This document shows positions 41,401 through 54,700 of a stretch of 64,000 nt of DNA, one piece after another. The stretch spans positions 248,001-312,000 of the forward strand of contig JASANG010002574.1 of the NCBI GenBank assembly GCA_030248215.1, read 5' to 3'. The DNA comes from Enoplolaimus lenunculus. Taxonomy: Eukaryota. The notes under the pieces are model-generated. The model was not told the DNA's origin. It did not search any database and worked only from the letters and a program-made list of their open reading frames with translations. How positions within the stretch are numbered: the stretch's first letter is position 1; each line of letters starts with the position of its first letter. A program made the position numbers and the translations under genes.

Positions 41401-44400
41401 CGTCAAATCATAAATGCATAATAATCCATCAATCAACTGAGATATTTCTGTGAAGCCAAAAAAAAAATAAAATTACCAGGGTACGTTGTTGGGGAGCAAT
41501 GGAGCATATTTGGGCCAAACCATATTATACTGTGAAACACAACGATTTCGCCATTAATTGCCTACAAAAGTAATTGCAGTTAGGCAATAAGACGTTGCAC
41601 CAGTTGAAACAATTCGTCGCCCGACAACGTGTCGCTTAACAGTGTCCTAAAATGCTTATGAATAAATCTAAGCATAATCCCAAGAGTAATTTTAGCAGTA
41701 AAGTCTATCGTAAGAATAATGATGAGTGACGAATTGTTGAGTCGATGAAATTTCGGATTACAAGTTGTCGGACTACATGTTGTCGGCCGCGACGAATTGT
41801 TGTGATACCGATGCTAGCTTGCGTATAAAATTACACTTTACAACATAAAATGTCTATCGCTTTTAACACTAAATCAGCGAGGCATACAGATTTACCTAAA
41901 ATAAAATAAGTTTGGTTAGAATTTATATCTGCACTGCAAAAAATGTTGAGTCAAATTGACTCGCTCCGAAATAGGCTTTTCCGGACTACACAAACTGAGT
42001 CAAAATTTGACTCCGTCGGAGTCAAATTCGACTTAATGAGTCGCTCAGTAAGTCAAATTTGACACTGGCGGAGTCGAATTTTGACTCAGTTTGTGAGTTC
42101 GGAAAAGCGTATTTCGGGGAGAGTCAATTTGACTCACCATTTTTTGCAGTGTGCTAATTTTGGATTGTGACGCTAAAATGGAATTTTTCGACAAATATTA
42201 CCACACCAACACGGCAGAGGCGAATCTTTTAAAAATTTCTGTATCCCCCGCCGGTAAGACAGCCACCAGCAGGAGGACTCAGGCGTGTAAGTAGGGTGAC
42301 AGTAGAGAAATTTAAAAAATATTGTTGCAGCTTTATTTTTTCCAAGCTTTTAATTAATATCCATACCCGTATAAGAATTCCCTACGCAATCCTTCGTGGA
42401 TGGGTTCTCGGACCATTACGTATTAAACTACCATTGCGCACGTTACAATCGTGGATATTGCAAAAACTCTATGCTTTGATATAAAAACATTTCCCTGCCG
42501 TGGACAAGACCGATATTTCATAACCCATCACAAACATCTGGCAATTTTTATGCCTACTTTTAGGCTTAGGTTTACGCTTGGGTTTAGGCTTAAGCTTAGC
42601 GTCGTGCTCCAACTTCAATCGCAGCTGATACCCCGGCGACATGTTGTCTGACGAGAAGTTACCGTAGATTCATACTTTTAAGCTAAAAACTAATTTCAAT
42701 TAAACGAAATGTTTTCGACTGTAAGAGACGTGTTTGGTAAAAGCAACACTGGATGATCACTCTTTATAACAAGAGTGTGCCACTGGGTACATTCTGTGTA
42801 CAAAAAAGTACCCGGCACGCGTTGCGTTTTTGACCTACCCCCTTTTATTTAAGGAGGGGGGTCAAGTTTGACAATTTTTTTCAATTTTACACGTTGAAAT
42901 ATTGCAGTTGTAAACTAACACCGTTTATAAGTTTAAAACGATGCGCATTATATGTTTCAAACATCAACTACCCCCACTCCTCTAAATAAGGGGGTCGGTC
43001 AAAAATAGAACGCCCGGTGGTACATTTTGTACCGAACAAATTTCGGTAGTTGCACACTCTTGTTAAAACTGATCATCCACTCTTGGTAAAAGTGATTAGG
43101 CGGTAGACATGACGAGAATATAGTATTTTAAACGAGCAACTATTGTTTAATCACATTAGCATATTTAACTTTTAATGACTCCCAGGGTGGTTAAAATATA
43201 TTTGTTGCTAATAAATGGTTTAATCTGTTATATAATCATACGCCGACAAAATTGTCACCCACGTCACGCGATGCTACCCAGCGGATACAGGGGGGGAGGG
43301 CTAAAAGCGACGTACGGCGTCCGTCATAAAATGTTCTGTGATAAAACGCTGAGGTAGTTTACATTTTTGAGTACTTTACAAATTTTTCCCCTCAGAAAAT
43401 TGTTTTTGATATACTGTATACAGTAAAGATTGTGTTTCATAACTGTTGCCAGCCCGTCCTCTGCCCCCCCCGTCAGAAATTTCTGGATTCGCTGTCGAAC
43501 AGAGTTACAAACAATCTATTGTGGCCTCGCTAAACAAAGTTGGTTAGAATCTTCAACGCAAAAGTTGGCAATTTTTCATTTTAAATTATTTAATCTAATA
43601 AATCAAAAATAATTCACAGTTGCCAAGCCAAGTTTTGGTTCATAGCCAAGACCAGAAAAAAACAGCCTGCTAAATTAGACCCTGCTTACTCTGCTAGGGC
43701 GGAGGGCTGGTGGCTAAAAATATTTCAGGAGGTGCGAACAAGTGTTCTCGTTGACTTACGAGCAAGGCAGACAATTTTCTAAGGGGGTCAAAATTTTTCT
43801 AGGGGGCTCAGCGCGCCTCCCCCCCCTGGTTCATCCGCCGTGGACTACAGACCAGTGCTAAATTTTAAATCATAATTTTCGCAAAATTCAATTATTTAAA
43901 AAGTTGATCAAGTTGTCAAAACCATTTTACCGAACGAAAATCAGTAAAAGGTGTTTTTATACCAGCGCAAAAACTATAAAATAATCCTTGCCGGAACCGG
44001 AATCTGGGTCGGATTTTTGAGTTTTAGTATTCTATGAATAAGTTAGTGTGTGGCATTTGAGTTTTGTTGCAGTATTTCTGTCTGTTTGAAGTAAAAACTG
44101 CTTGTATAGCTGACTGTATTAGAGATCTACATAGAACAGGGTCTGGATTGTTTTCCGGACGGGCAAATAATAGAGTCAGTTTAAGCTTTAGACTAATTTT
44201 TTTGCTTAGGCTTAATAGGCTTAGGCTTATGCTTAGGCTTAGGAATAGGCTCCTTAAAAAAAAAAACCAGAGCCAAGACAGGGAACACGCCAAAAAAATC
44301 TACACACACCAACTCCAGCTATACGCTTAGGCTTAGGCTTAGGCTTTCGCTTTACTACTGTTCCGGCCCTGTTCTGTACATGGGCCACCTATGGTATTAA

Positions 44401-45695
44401 TGAAGGCCTGATAATTCTAAGCGCACCTGCCAAATCTCAAAGCACTGGATCAAACTTGACCTTAATTTTAATTGCAGTTAAGCATTTTCATAATTTCAAA
44501 ACTTTAACAATGAGGCCTTATCCAACCATAAATAACAGGATCCATATTTTTGAAAATTAACTGATTCCATAGAATGCCGTTGTCACTGCAGTAAGGATGT
44601 TGGTGATCCTGACATGAAGCTAAATTTGAAGCTTTATGGGGCTAACATCACTGCTTGCCGCTATGAAATAGTAGTTTAACTTTACATTTTGTTTACTGTT
44701 TTTAAGATAAAACATAAAATTTTCAATTGCAGTCACATTTTGATAATCAGCGTAATAGTTTGCTCTGCTACATGCTCTTTAATAGTAGCAATTGAGAGAA
44801 TACTTACTAAGAAAAAACAGATTTGCAACTGAAACAAAAAAAACATGCAAAATGCTATGTTCAACCAGCATAAAAGCGCATAACCGAAAAATAGGAATTC
44901 CGGCATCGCACTAGCAGCCAATCAAAATCGGAACCGTAATCCAAATTTTACTGGCATTTTAGCCGGAATCGGATTTTCATGGCAATCCTGGTAACCGCTA
45001 TCCTATACGAGATAATAGGAACGAACTACAACATAAAAATCTAATAAAATCCAGAAAAATAAAACACACACATATATCCACATTGACCAGTGTGCCAAAC
45101 CGCACTGTGGGAGCCATTCGAAACTGCACAAAACAAGGATATAAATTAATCTCATTTTGGTTCGTCTGAACCATGGACCGCTGCCAGAGCGGCGCCATTG
45201 GGGGGGCTTTGAGTTTCCCTGGAAGAATTCGCCTGTAGAAAATTTTCAACCTTGCTTGTAAAGTCATCTAAATCCCTTGTATGCCTCACTTGAACAATGT
45301 TTAGCTACTCTGAGAAAGCTAAGCCGGCTACGGCCGTCTCTAAACCACACGATACGTTTTATTATTCGTTGTTGTTTTGTTTGTGCTATTTCAAAACAGT
45401 ATATGAAGGATTTGAATTTGAATCAAGGCAACAGATAACAACGCCGTGTAACAATGGCGAATGAAAAAGGGTGGCGCCGACCTGTTAGCTGACCTCTCAT
45501 GACGGGCTTGCAGCCAACGAATAGCTTTCTTATCACATCGACAAAATTATTTAGGACACTGTTGAAAAGAATTATAAGCTAGAAAATATTTTGCTTATGC
45601 TTAATAAACCTTTTTTGCACCAATTATTAATAGTTTCTGGCTGTGAAACTGAGTCGATAAAATGAAGACAATGCGAAAACGAACAATGGGGTTGA

Positions 45696-45736
<41 letters not shown>

Positions 45737-48700
45737 GTTGTTGTTGTTATTGTTGTTGTTTACGACTTACACGTCGCGACGCCCTATGTGTCGAGTAAAC
45801 GCGACCACCCCACGCGGATCTGTGTTAATAACAGAAAGGGGCGGATGTGGGTACCCCTCAAAAAATAGGATTCTTTCAGTTGCCCTTGCTGGGCATACAC
45901 CAAGCCAGTGTTCACGAATGAAAAATATAAGTCCAACGACAAAGTTTGTAAACAGTTACGTTTTACGTCGTCGGAGGGAGTCTGTAAACGCACTGTAAAT
46001 TCCAGTGAATTGGTTTTAACTCAGAAAGAGTTGAATCACTCAGTCTGAGTTAGGACTATCAGAACTCATAATTCTGAGTTGATTCAACTCATTAATTAAT
46101 CAACTCCCCCGGAGTCAACTTAACTCACGGTGAAGATCAAGTCAACTCAGATTGAGTTAACGTTTTCTGTGATTAACTCAAAAAATCACGGACTCGCAAA
46201 CGGATAGTGATCAAAATAACGGAAACGGAAACAGAATATGGATATTGTGGTACAAAAGTTTCAAAGATGTCCTAGTTTTCTGGCAAACACAATAAAGGCG
46301 TACAAATATCCAGCGAGTTTTCTAAAAGTTTACACTTGAAAAATCGCGGATGCATTGAAATTTTTAAACATTTGGATGAATGTTGTAACTATTTTTATTT
46401 CATTTCGAACAATTGTAGCATATCTGTGTACGAAAAAAATGACATACATATACGTGATCTAGAACGAATTCTGGACCGTAAAAATGACAACACCGAATTT
46501 TACCGGAAACGGAAACGGATATGTATCAGGTTACACCCTGCTGCGAGTTTCAGAATTACGGATGTGAATATACAGTTGCACTGGGGGGATCAAGCGGACG
46601 GTCGCCCCGGTCTGCCCGCTGTATGCAGAAATCCAAACCAAAATGTTGTTTTAAAGATTAGCGCTTAAATAGTCGTTTGTCTTCTCGCTCGCTTCACTCG
46701 CAAGTTTGCTTCAGTATTATCAAGAGTGGACGATGCATACTTCATCAAGAGTATGCAACTGGGTATATTCTGTGTAGAAAACAATGTACCAGGCACGCGT
46801 TGCATTTTTGGCCTACCCCCTTTTATTTAGAGGGGGGTACAACTGGGGCGTACCAAGGCGCTTAGTGTATGCGGCGTCAACAAATTTGACCATGGAATGA
46901 TCAGGGGAGGTCATGAGAAGCTCAAATATGCAAAAATTTTCAAAATCCGACAACTTTTGGGCAAACGCGGGCTGGGGGGAAGAAACCGAAAAGACCCGTT
47001 TAATTTAGGGTTATTGCATGCGACAACGACCCCCCTCTAAACTCTGGGGGGTCGACCAAAAAAGCAACGCCGGTTGGCACATTTTGTACCACGCGAAACC
47101 CCAAGTGTTTCACACTCTTGTATTATGCACTCTTGACTATTATCATCTTTGTCTAAGAAATTTCTAGATCCGCCACTAAAACTGCCCAATGTATAGAACG
47201 CGCGGCCATTACTGTAGTGTAAGCAAATTCCTAAGCCTAAGTTTGAGCCTAAGCGTAAAAATGAACTTAAACCTAAGCATAAACCTGAGCCTAAACAAAA
47301 AAATAGAATAAAGTTTACTCTCTAATGCAGTCCGGAAGAAAAACGTTCCGCCGCTGATCTTTATATGTTCCGTAAAATTGAAATAAACCAAAAAAATTTC
47401 AACGCTTTCCGGTTTATAAAAACTGAGTTCGTTGAGCAGTTGTTGAATAAAATATTAAGTAAATATGCGGTTATTTAAAAACCGTAAATTAATGCCTAAA
47501 TCAACTCAAGGATCAGGACCATACACAATGAACAGAGAGGTATCACCATCTGAAATTTCTGGTGAGACTAGAAACAATCATTTTAACCAGATTTAGGTTG
47601 AACCTACACTGTAAATTTCAATGAGTTGATTTTAAAACTCAAAATGAGTTGAATCCACTCAGTCCGAGTTAGGACTATCAGAACTTAGAATTTAGAGTTT
47701 AGTCAAATCATTCTGAGTTAATTAATCAACAACTCACCCAGAGTCAACACAACTCTCATAGTGAGAATCAGCTCAACTCACAGAGTGAGTTAACTGATTT
47801 TAATTTAGAAATAACTAAACTCGCTAGCTGAATTGACTAATCAACTCATTGAAATTTACAGTGTAACGGTCAAAAACTTTTCTTGTACAAGAAATTATAC
47901 CACCGCAAACTAAATTTCAGGCGTAGGCTCGCTCCTGTATCGAACTTTATTGACGACAGCTGTTTACCGAATGTTTTCGATAAATATAGTCATAGCTGAA
48001 ATACACGTCTACTGCTAGGTTAATTCACCTGCAGAGCAAGTGTGCAATGGCCAATATACCGATTAGGGACGTAAACCGGTAGTATATAAGCATATACCAA
48101 ATAATATCCTGACATTATAACGGGACACTGTAAGAAGGGGCTACAACCAAAAAAGTATTTCTGAATTTATTCAGAAAAGTATTTTCTGTGGCAAATCTGA
48201 AAAGTTTTTCTGATATTTAAGACAATTTTTTCTAAAATAACTGGAAAACGTTTATTTTCAGACTTTATTTCACAACTTTTTTGAAAACTTTTCTGTTATA
48301 ACAGAAATACTTTTCAAGTGCACCTTGCTAATATATTTCTTAAATGTAAGAAATTTTTCTTAAATATCAGAAATATTATTTTGATTGTATTGTTGTACTT
48401 TTGTTGGCTAAAACAATGCACACAAAAAATTCAAATTTATTTCACACGCGCATGCATAATGTGCAATCAGTTATTAAAGCTAAGGGCGTGGGTGGATAAT
48501 TTATTACAACTATGAGCGCATTATTACGTGGATTACCCATAAGCGTCAGAACAAGCCCGTATCTATCAGCCTACTGCCGAAACCTAAGCCCAATCTTAAG
48601 CAAACAGTCTAAGGTTTAAACGGACTGAATTGAGGTCATTGGCGGATCGAGCCAAAAGGGGCGGGGGGCACATCCTTAAAATTTTCCCAACTCATACTGT

Positions 48701-51700
48701 TTAAATGAACCTGACGCTCGCATGGTCCTCCTGAAATATCGCCACTCCTCGTAGCCTGCTAACCTAAGTACAAACGTGATACCTGAGCCCGTATTCTCAA
48801 ATGTGTGTAACACCTATTACCATTTGGTAATAGGTCTTATAACGTTCGAACCAGAGAATGGCGACATTTGAAATTCATCACATTTATTGCATTCGATTTA
48901 CTCTACTTCTGTGCATATTTTGACATCTGCATGAGAATTTCCACATCGCGTACACAAATTAATGTAAACCACGCATAAACGAGAACCACGAAACATAAAA
49001 CCAAAAAAAAAAAGATTTAAACCAAAACAAAGTACTTAAGATCGCATATAAAAATTAACGATACACGTGGCTACACATTGAAATTACAGTTTATACTCTC
49101 TGAAATGGGCGTTTTTTTTTTCAAAATTAATATATTTCAAAAACAAAAAATTAGGTTTTAAAAAGTGAAACCAACCGAAACCATTTTGGTTTCCGGTTTC
49201 GTTTTTGTTTTGCCAGAGCATTTGGTTTAGTTTTAGTTCCTATGGCAACAACAATACGATGGAACAACATTAAAAGTTATTAATGTATAGCAGCGCCGTA
49301 ACTTAACCGTTTCTCACATGAATATTTTCCTATTTCGTATGAGATGTAGTTTTAAAGTAAGATTCGATCGCCAGTCTTACGGTTGGAAAGCGTTTACGAT
49401 CACCACTGAGCTATAAGAGCTTGACGCTCAAACCCGAGCAAACTCTCACGTCTTGTGAAGATTTTGCACTGCACATATATGTTAGAATCGTTAGCAATAT
49501 TATTTGTATTTAGTTGCTCATAGTATACTCTACAAAAGAAAGGGTTAAAACAGCAGAATTCGAGTTATGGTCATTTTGGTACAGTAGCCTGTAGTTTTCT
49601 AAAAAACACCTTTTTTATTATATGTTAAATATTTATGCTATGGCTAGTTTTTGATTGAGAGTGGACTATGAGCAAGTCAACACAATGTCTGCAACTGTAA
49701 TACCGAAGAACGTACAGTGTATTTAACTGCGTGTATATGCAGTACAAAATCTCCGCAAAATATGAACGCTTCATCGGGCTCGAGCGTCCAGCTCCTATAC
49801 CTGTAGTGGTGATGGTAAACGCTTCCCACCCGTGGAAGCTGTAATTCGAATCCTGGCTTGAAATTAGATTTTAGACAAAATAGAAAATATTCATGTGAGA
49901 AAGGGTTAACAGTTTTGAAATACTTTAAGAATATACAACTTATCGTTTCATTATGTGATTTTTTACTGAAAATTTAGATTAAAAATCGATAATGACGCTG
50001 ATTGGTGCAATTTTTCTATTTTTCACACTGGGAAACGGTAACTTTCGTTTAGTCCAATAAAATATTTGTTAGCATTGAATAAAATCTGGTATAGCACGCC
50101 AAATATTCAAAACCAGCCAATAGCAACGCTTTATGCCAGTATTCTAACATGTTTGTAGACCCTATTACCAGTCGACGACAAGTCTTGTAAGTTTCGAATC
50201 AGCAACCAGATGAGCTTAGAAATTCAACACATTTTTTGCGTTGTATTCACCGTACCTCTGCGTAATTTTTGAGATCTGCAATCGCAAAAGTTTGCCAGTT
50301 TAAAAACCTGTTAATAACTGGTGATAGGTGTTTACACACATTGGGCCATGCAAAGATCAGCGGCGGAACGTTTTTCTGTGACACTGCAACGAAGTAAACT
50401 AAAAGCTTTAGACTAATTTTTTGTTTGGCTTTAGGCTTACGCTTAGGAATATGTTCATACACTTAGGCTTAAGCGTAAGCTTAGGCTTAGGAATATGCTT
50501 ATAATCTGTTCCGCCTCTGTTCTTGGCATTGGCCGACACATTAGAGAATACGGTCCGCAGCGACAGTTTGTTAACTAAACTAATTTCAGAACTCGAAATA
50601 TTTCGTATCGTTTAAACTAAAAATTGGCTTAGGTGCAGGAACAGAGACGAATATGTTAACAATTCTAAATACATAGCTACACTTGAACAGGGTCGTTGAA
50701 TTCCACTATAATTAAAATATACCATTTTCTACGGTCTTCTTATAAAATGAGCCCTATTTAACCAACTAACGCAGGTCACATTGGGTCACGTGACAGCCTG
50801 TCATACCCTCGAATATTTTCAACAATAATACAGATTCTTAACCCCTTCTCACATTGAGTTGCCTATAGGCAACTTAGCGCAGAGTATATACGTTAAGTAA
50901 TATTTATCGCACCGTGTTTAATAATTGCAACACGTATACATAGTACTAAATCGCCACAAGACGTGAGAGCCCCCTCGGGCTCGAGCGTCAAGCTCCGATA
51001 GCTGAGTGGTGATGGTATACGCCTCCCACTCCAGTCATCGGAGTTCGAATCCTAGCATAAAAGTAGGTCTCAGGGGAAATAGGAAATATTCATGTGAGAA
51101 AGGGTTAAACTTTGCATAAAATATTACTCTCATTTCACAGCGCCATAAAAACATTCTTGTAATAACAATTTTACACGCTTCTACGTACCATAATAGAAAT
51201 TTCAGTCTAATCATCAGCTGAACAACGGTCTCAAAAACACTGCATTAGCCGTAGCGCAAAACTCACAAATGATAGCTTTAATGCGGTGTTTTGTAATGAA
51301 ATATACGGTGAATTGGAAAAAACAACACAGTCTTAGCTATAATTGAAAAAATCATTGCTAATTTCTCGGAAACCTTACCGGAGTAGCCAGGAGTTAGTTT
51401 TTGCAGCGCATATGTACTCTTGTAATAGTTTTTCTTGTGCGAGAGTGCATAACGAACGAAAACGGGTTTAAGTCGGTTAACAGATTATTCTAAATCCTGG
51501 AAATTGCATCTCTTAGTTGCGTTTTCTCGAAACTTTTGCAAGGAGATTCCTATATCCTTCCTTATGGCACCGACCCAAACTATCCTTGATCATGGACCCA
51601 CGTGATTGTTACAGAACCGACGCCGGCCACAAGTGCAATCGAGTTCTTGGATCATGATACTTTTAGGGACGTTCCGGTCTGACTCTGACGAAAAATAATC

Positions 51701-54700
51701 ACCCCGGCTTCAGGAACAAAAAAAAATGACAGATGCTTCGGCTATTACGGTAGTGAAATTTTTTTGTATTTTGATACAAGTTGCGTTGTTCCGAATCGGT
51801 CTATTTAATGTTTCTAGTGCATTTTTTGGCCAATTAGAAAGTTTTCAAACGAATCGCCATTAATCATAAATTGTCAAAATTCACAACAAACCGATACAAA
51901 GTTTGGCTGAAACGGAGTGGTGACCGCTTCAAAAATCATTATGTCAAGGTGACAGATGCTATACATATTTGAACATTATAACCCATGTCACTTTGAGTAA
52001 CAAAACATTTTTCCGCAGTACTATAATAGAGTATACTTATTAATAAGATTTATAAGCATTTTTAGCTTAGTAATAGGTTTAGACGCAGTTATTTGTTTAT
52101 TGTTTATACTGATGCTAAGGCTTAGACTTAGGAATTTGCTTATACTGCTCTTGTGCCCCACAAAGTTACACTGGCTCCAATTAATAACGTAAGAGTTATC
52201 TTGAAGCTTTAGACTATATTTTGCTTAGGTTTAGGCTCAGGTTTATAGTTATTTGGTTATGGTTTACACTGAGGCTCAGGCTTAGACTTAGGAATTTGCT
52301 TATACTGCTCTTGCGTTCGCAAAGTGACATTGGCTAAAATTAATAACGTAAAGGTCGTTGCTGTTCACCTTTGCTTAATTATAGTGCTCGTGCAAAGCTG
52401 CAGAAATAATCAATTTTTTACTATTTATACTTCTTTCAAAAAAATCCCAACCAACAATTATACCGTCATTTAAATTATAGGTCAATCAACTATTATACCC
52501 CGGTTAAAACAAACCCAAAAACGCGTATCATTTCAGGTGCAGTGACGCGAAATTAACTCTACGCACCGCCGATGTTATTCTGGTTGCGTCTGCAGTGGCG
52601 TATGCCCCCGTGTCAGCAAAATTTTTTGGGATAAAATGCTAAGGTCCCTCTTACTTACAATTTTTTCACCTCACAAAAATTTTTGTGTGGTAAAGTTCGC
52701 GTACATTTACAAGTTTCCCGTTCGGAAAATTTTCAGATATATAGCATACAGTAAAAATTGTGTTTCATAATTTGTGCCAAACCGCACCGCCGTTAGAAAC
52801 ATCTGGATAAGTCGCAGTACCTTACCAGGCTCTTAGCGGACTGAGCATGACAGGGGGATGCAAAAAATTTCCAGGGGGGAAACGGTATGATTTATATAAG
52901 ATTTACAATCGGGACTAAAACCTTTTTGTGTAAGGCCGAAATATATTCCAGTGCTAAGGCTTATACTGTACTGCCACCGCTGAGCCCGTAGCCAAGGGTG
53001 GCAGGGGGATGAGCTCAGCCCCCACTCGAAAAATATTCGCTCTTTAAATTTTAAACCTTGCTTGTACGTCAACGAAAACCGTTGTATTCATATCCTGAAA
53101 CATTTTCACCCCTCCTAGCAAGGTAAGTTGGGCCCCCTCATCGCACGCTTGTTCTTGCGTTATTGTTCAAACGCGTATAGTACAACTACGTCAATCAATA
53201 ATGTTACGGTACGATCAACGAATACCCGAGATGGTGCTCTGACTAGTGTTCAAGGCCGCGCATCTACCTTATAAGCTTACTTATCCAGGTAAGCGTTTCC
53301 CTGACAAAAATTCAAAAGTTACCAAACATCGCCAACTGGTGTTAGGCGCTATAGCAGTGATTTCAGAATATTGGCAAACGTGTCCGCCTATTTCAACTCC
53401 TCCAAGCATCGTAACGTCAATTTCAGTCCGATGACACAAACCTCGGCCAATGTATCGAACAGGGCCGTAAACAGTAAGATAAGCATATTTCTAAACGCTA
53501 AGCCATGACCTCAGCCTACGTCTATGCGTAAAAATGAGCTTATACCTAAACCTAAGCACAAAATTAGTCTAAAGCTTAAGCGTATTCTAGTACAGTCGCG
53601 TAGGAAAACTGTTCCACCCTTGATCTTTGCATCGGCCGAAACGTGTATAAAATACACTTTCTACTCGTTCAAAATCAACCGATACAACCCGCATGTGATG
53701 CGGCGGCGTTAATTGAGACCGACCAGAGCAAGAAATATACAAATATTCTTCGTTCGAAATAAACTTAAAGCTATGCTGTGCGTGAGTTTGGGACAAAGCG
53801 CAGGCAGTATCAAGTCACAAAAATAATAAAACTTCAGCGAACGGCCAAACTTAGCATTCATAGCATGCGGCGTTAGCTTAGCTATACAGCGGAATACATG
53901 TTTAGACACTTTGTACCACAACAAGTGACTCGAGACGGTGGGGGCACATAGCTAATACTTTTTAGCAAACTTTAAGATTCTTAGACCTTTGTTAGGCGGC
54001 AGATTGCTGGCATTTACAAGTGCCGTGGTGTACCTACCCCTCGAGTACCTTATACATATGCCCATGTATAAAACAGGGCGCCGGAACGGTAGTATAAGCA
54101 TATTCCTAAGCCTAAGCCTAAGCCTAAACAAAAAATAGTCTAAAGCTTAAACCGACTCTATTATAGACCCTCCGGAAAACGATCCAACCCTGTTCTATAC
54201 ATGGGCTCATATTTTCTTCGAGCCTGTGATTTTCTAACTCAACTCTATTTTAAAAGCGTGATATTTAACAGGTATGCTTGATACAAAATTAATTTATTAA
54301 AGTAAAGCGATGAAGTTTAGAACGAAATCTAAGCTTTTGGTTTGAATTAAGTCAAAAGGCTACGGTTTGTAGTTGAGTGCCTGGCGGTGACTCTAATTCC
54401 ATTAAGAATGTGTCACTTGCACCGTTGAACTGAAGTAATCGTTGAATTTAACTGTCTTGACTCATTTTGATTGGTTACGCCAAAGCTTAACCCGATTGAA
54501 GGGCTTGTTGAACTTAATAGTGATATTTCATTGGCTGTTTTTGCGCAAAATTAACCATTCAAACGCCAGAATTATAAACTCCGGTTCAGCAATGCCAATG
54601 AAAACGATGTATAATCAATTTTAGTTGGCAAAATATTAATTAAAAACGTTAACTGTTTCATATTTAAGTACTTATTTTACAGTACAGTTCTTAAAAACTC

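Noticed and set aside
50992..51065. Functional tRNA-Gly gene
   Set aside because: Acceptor and anticodon stems do not pair properly, and the sequence is always embedded in the MITE.
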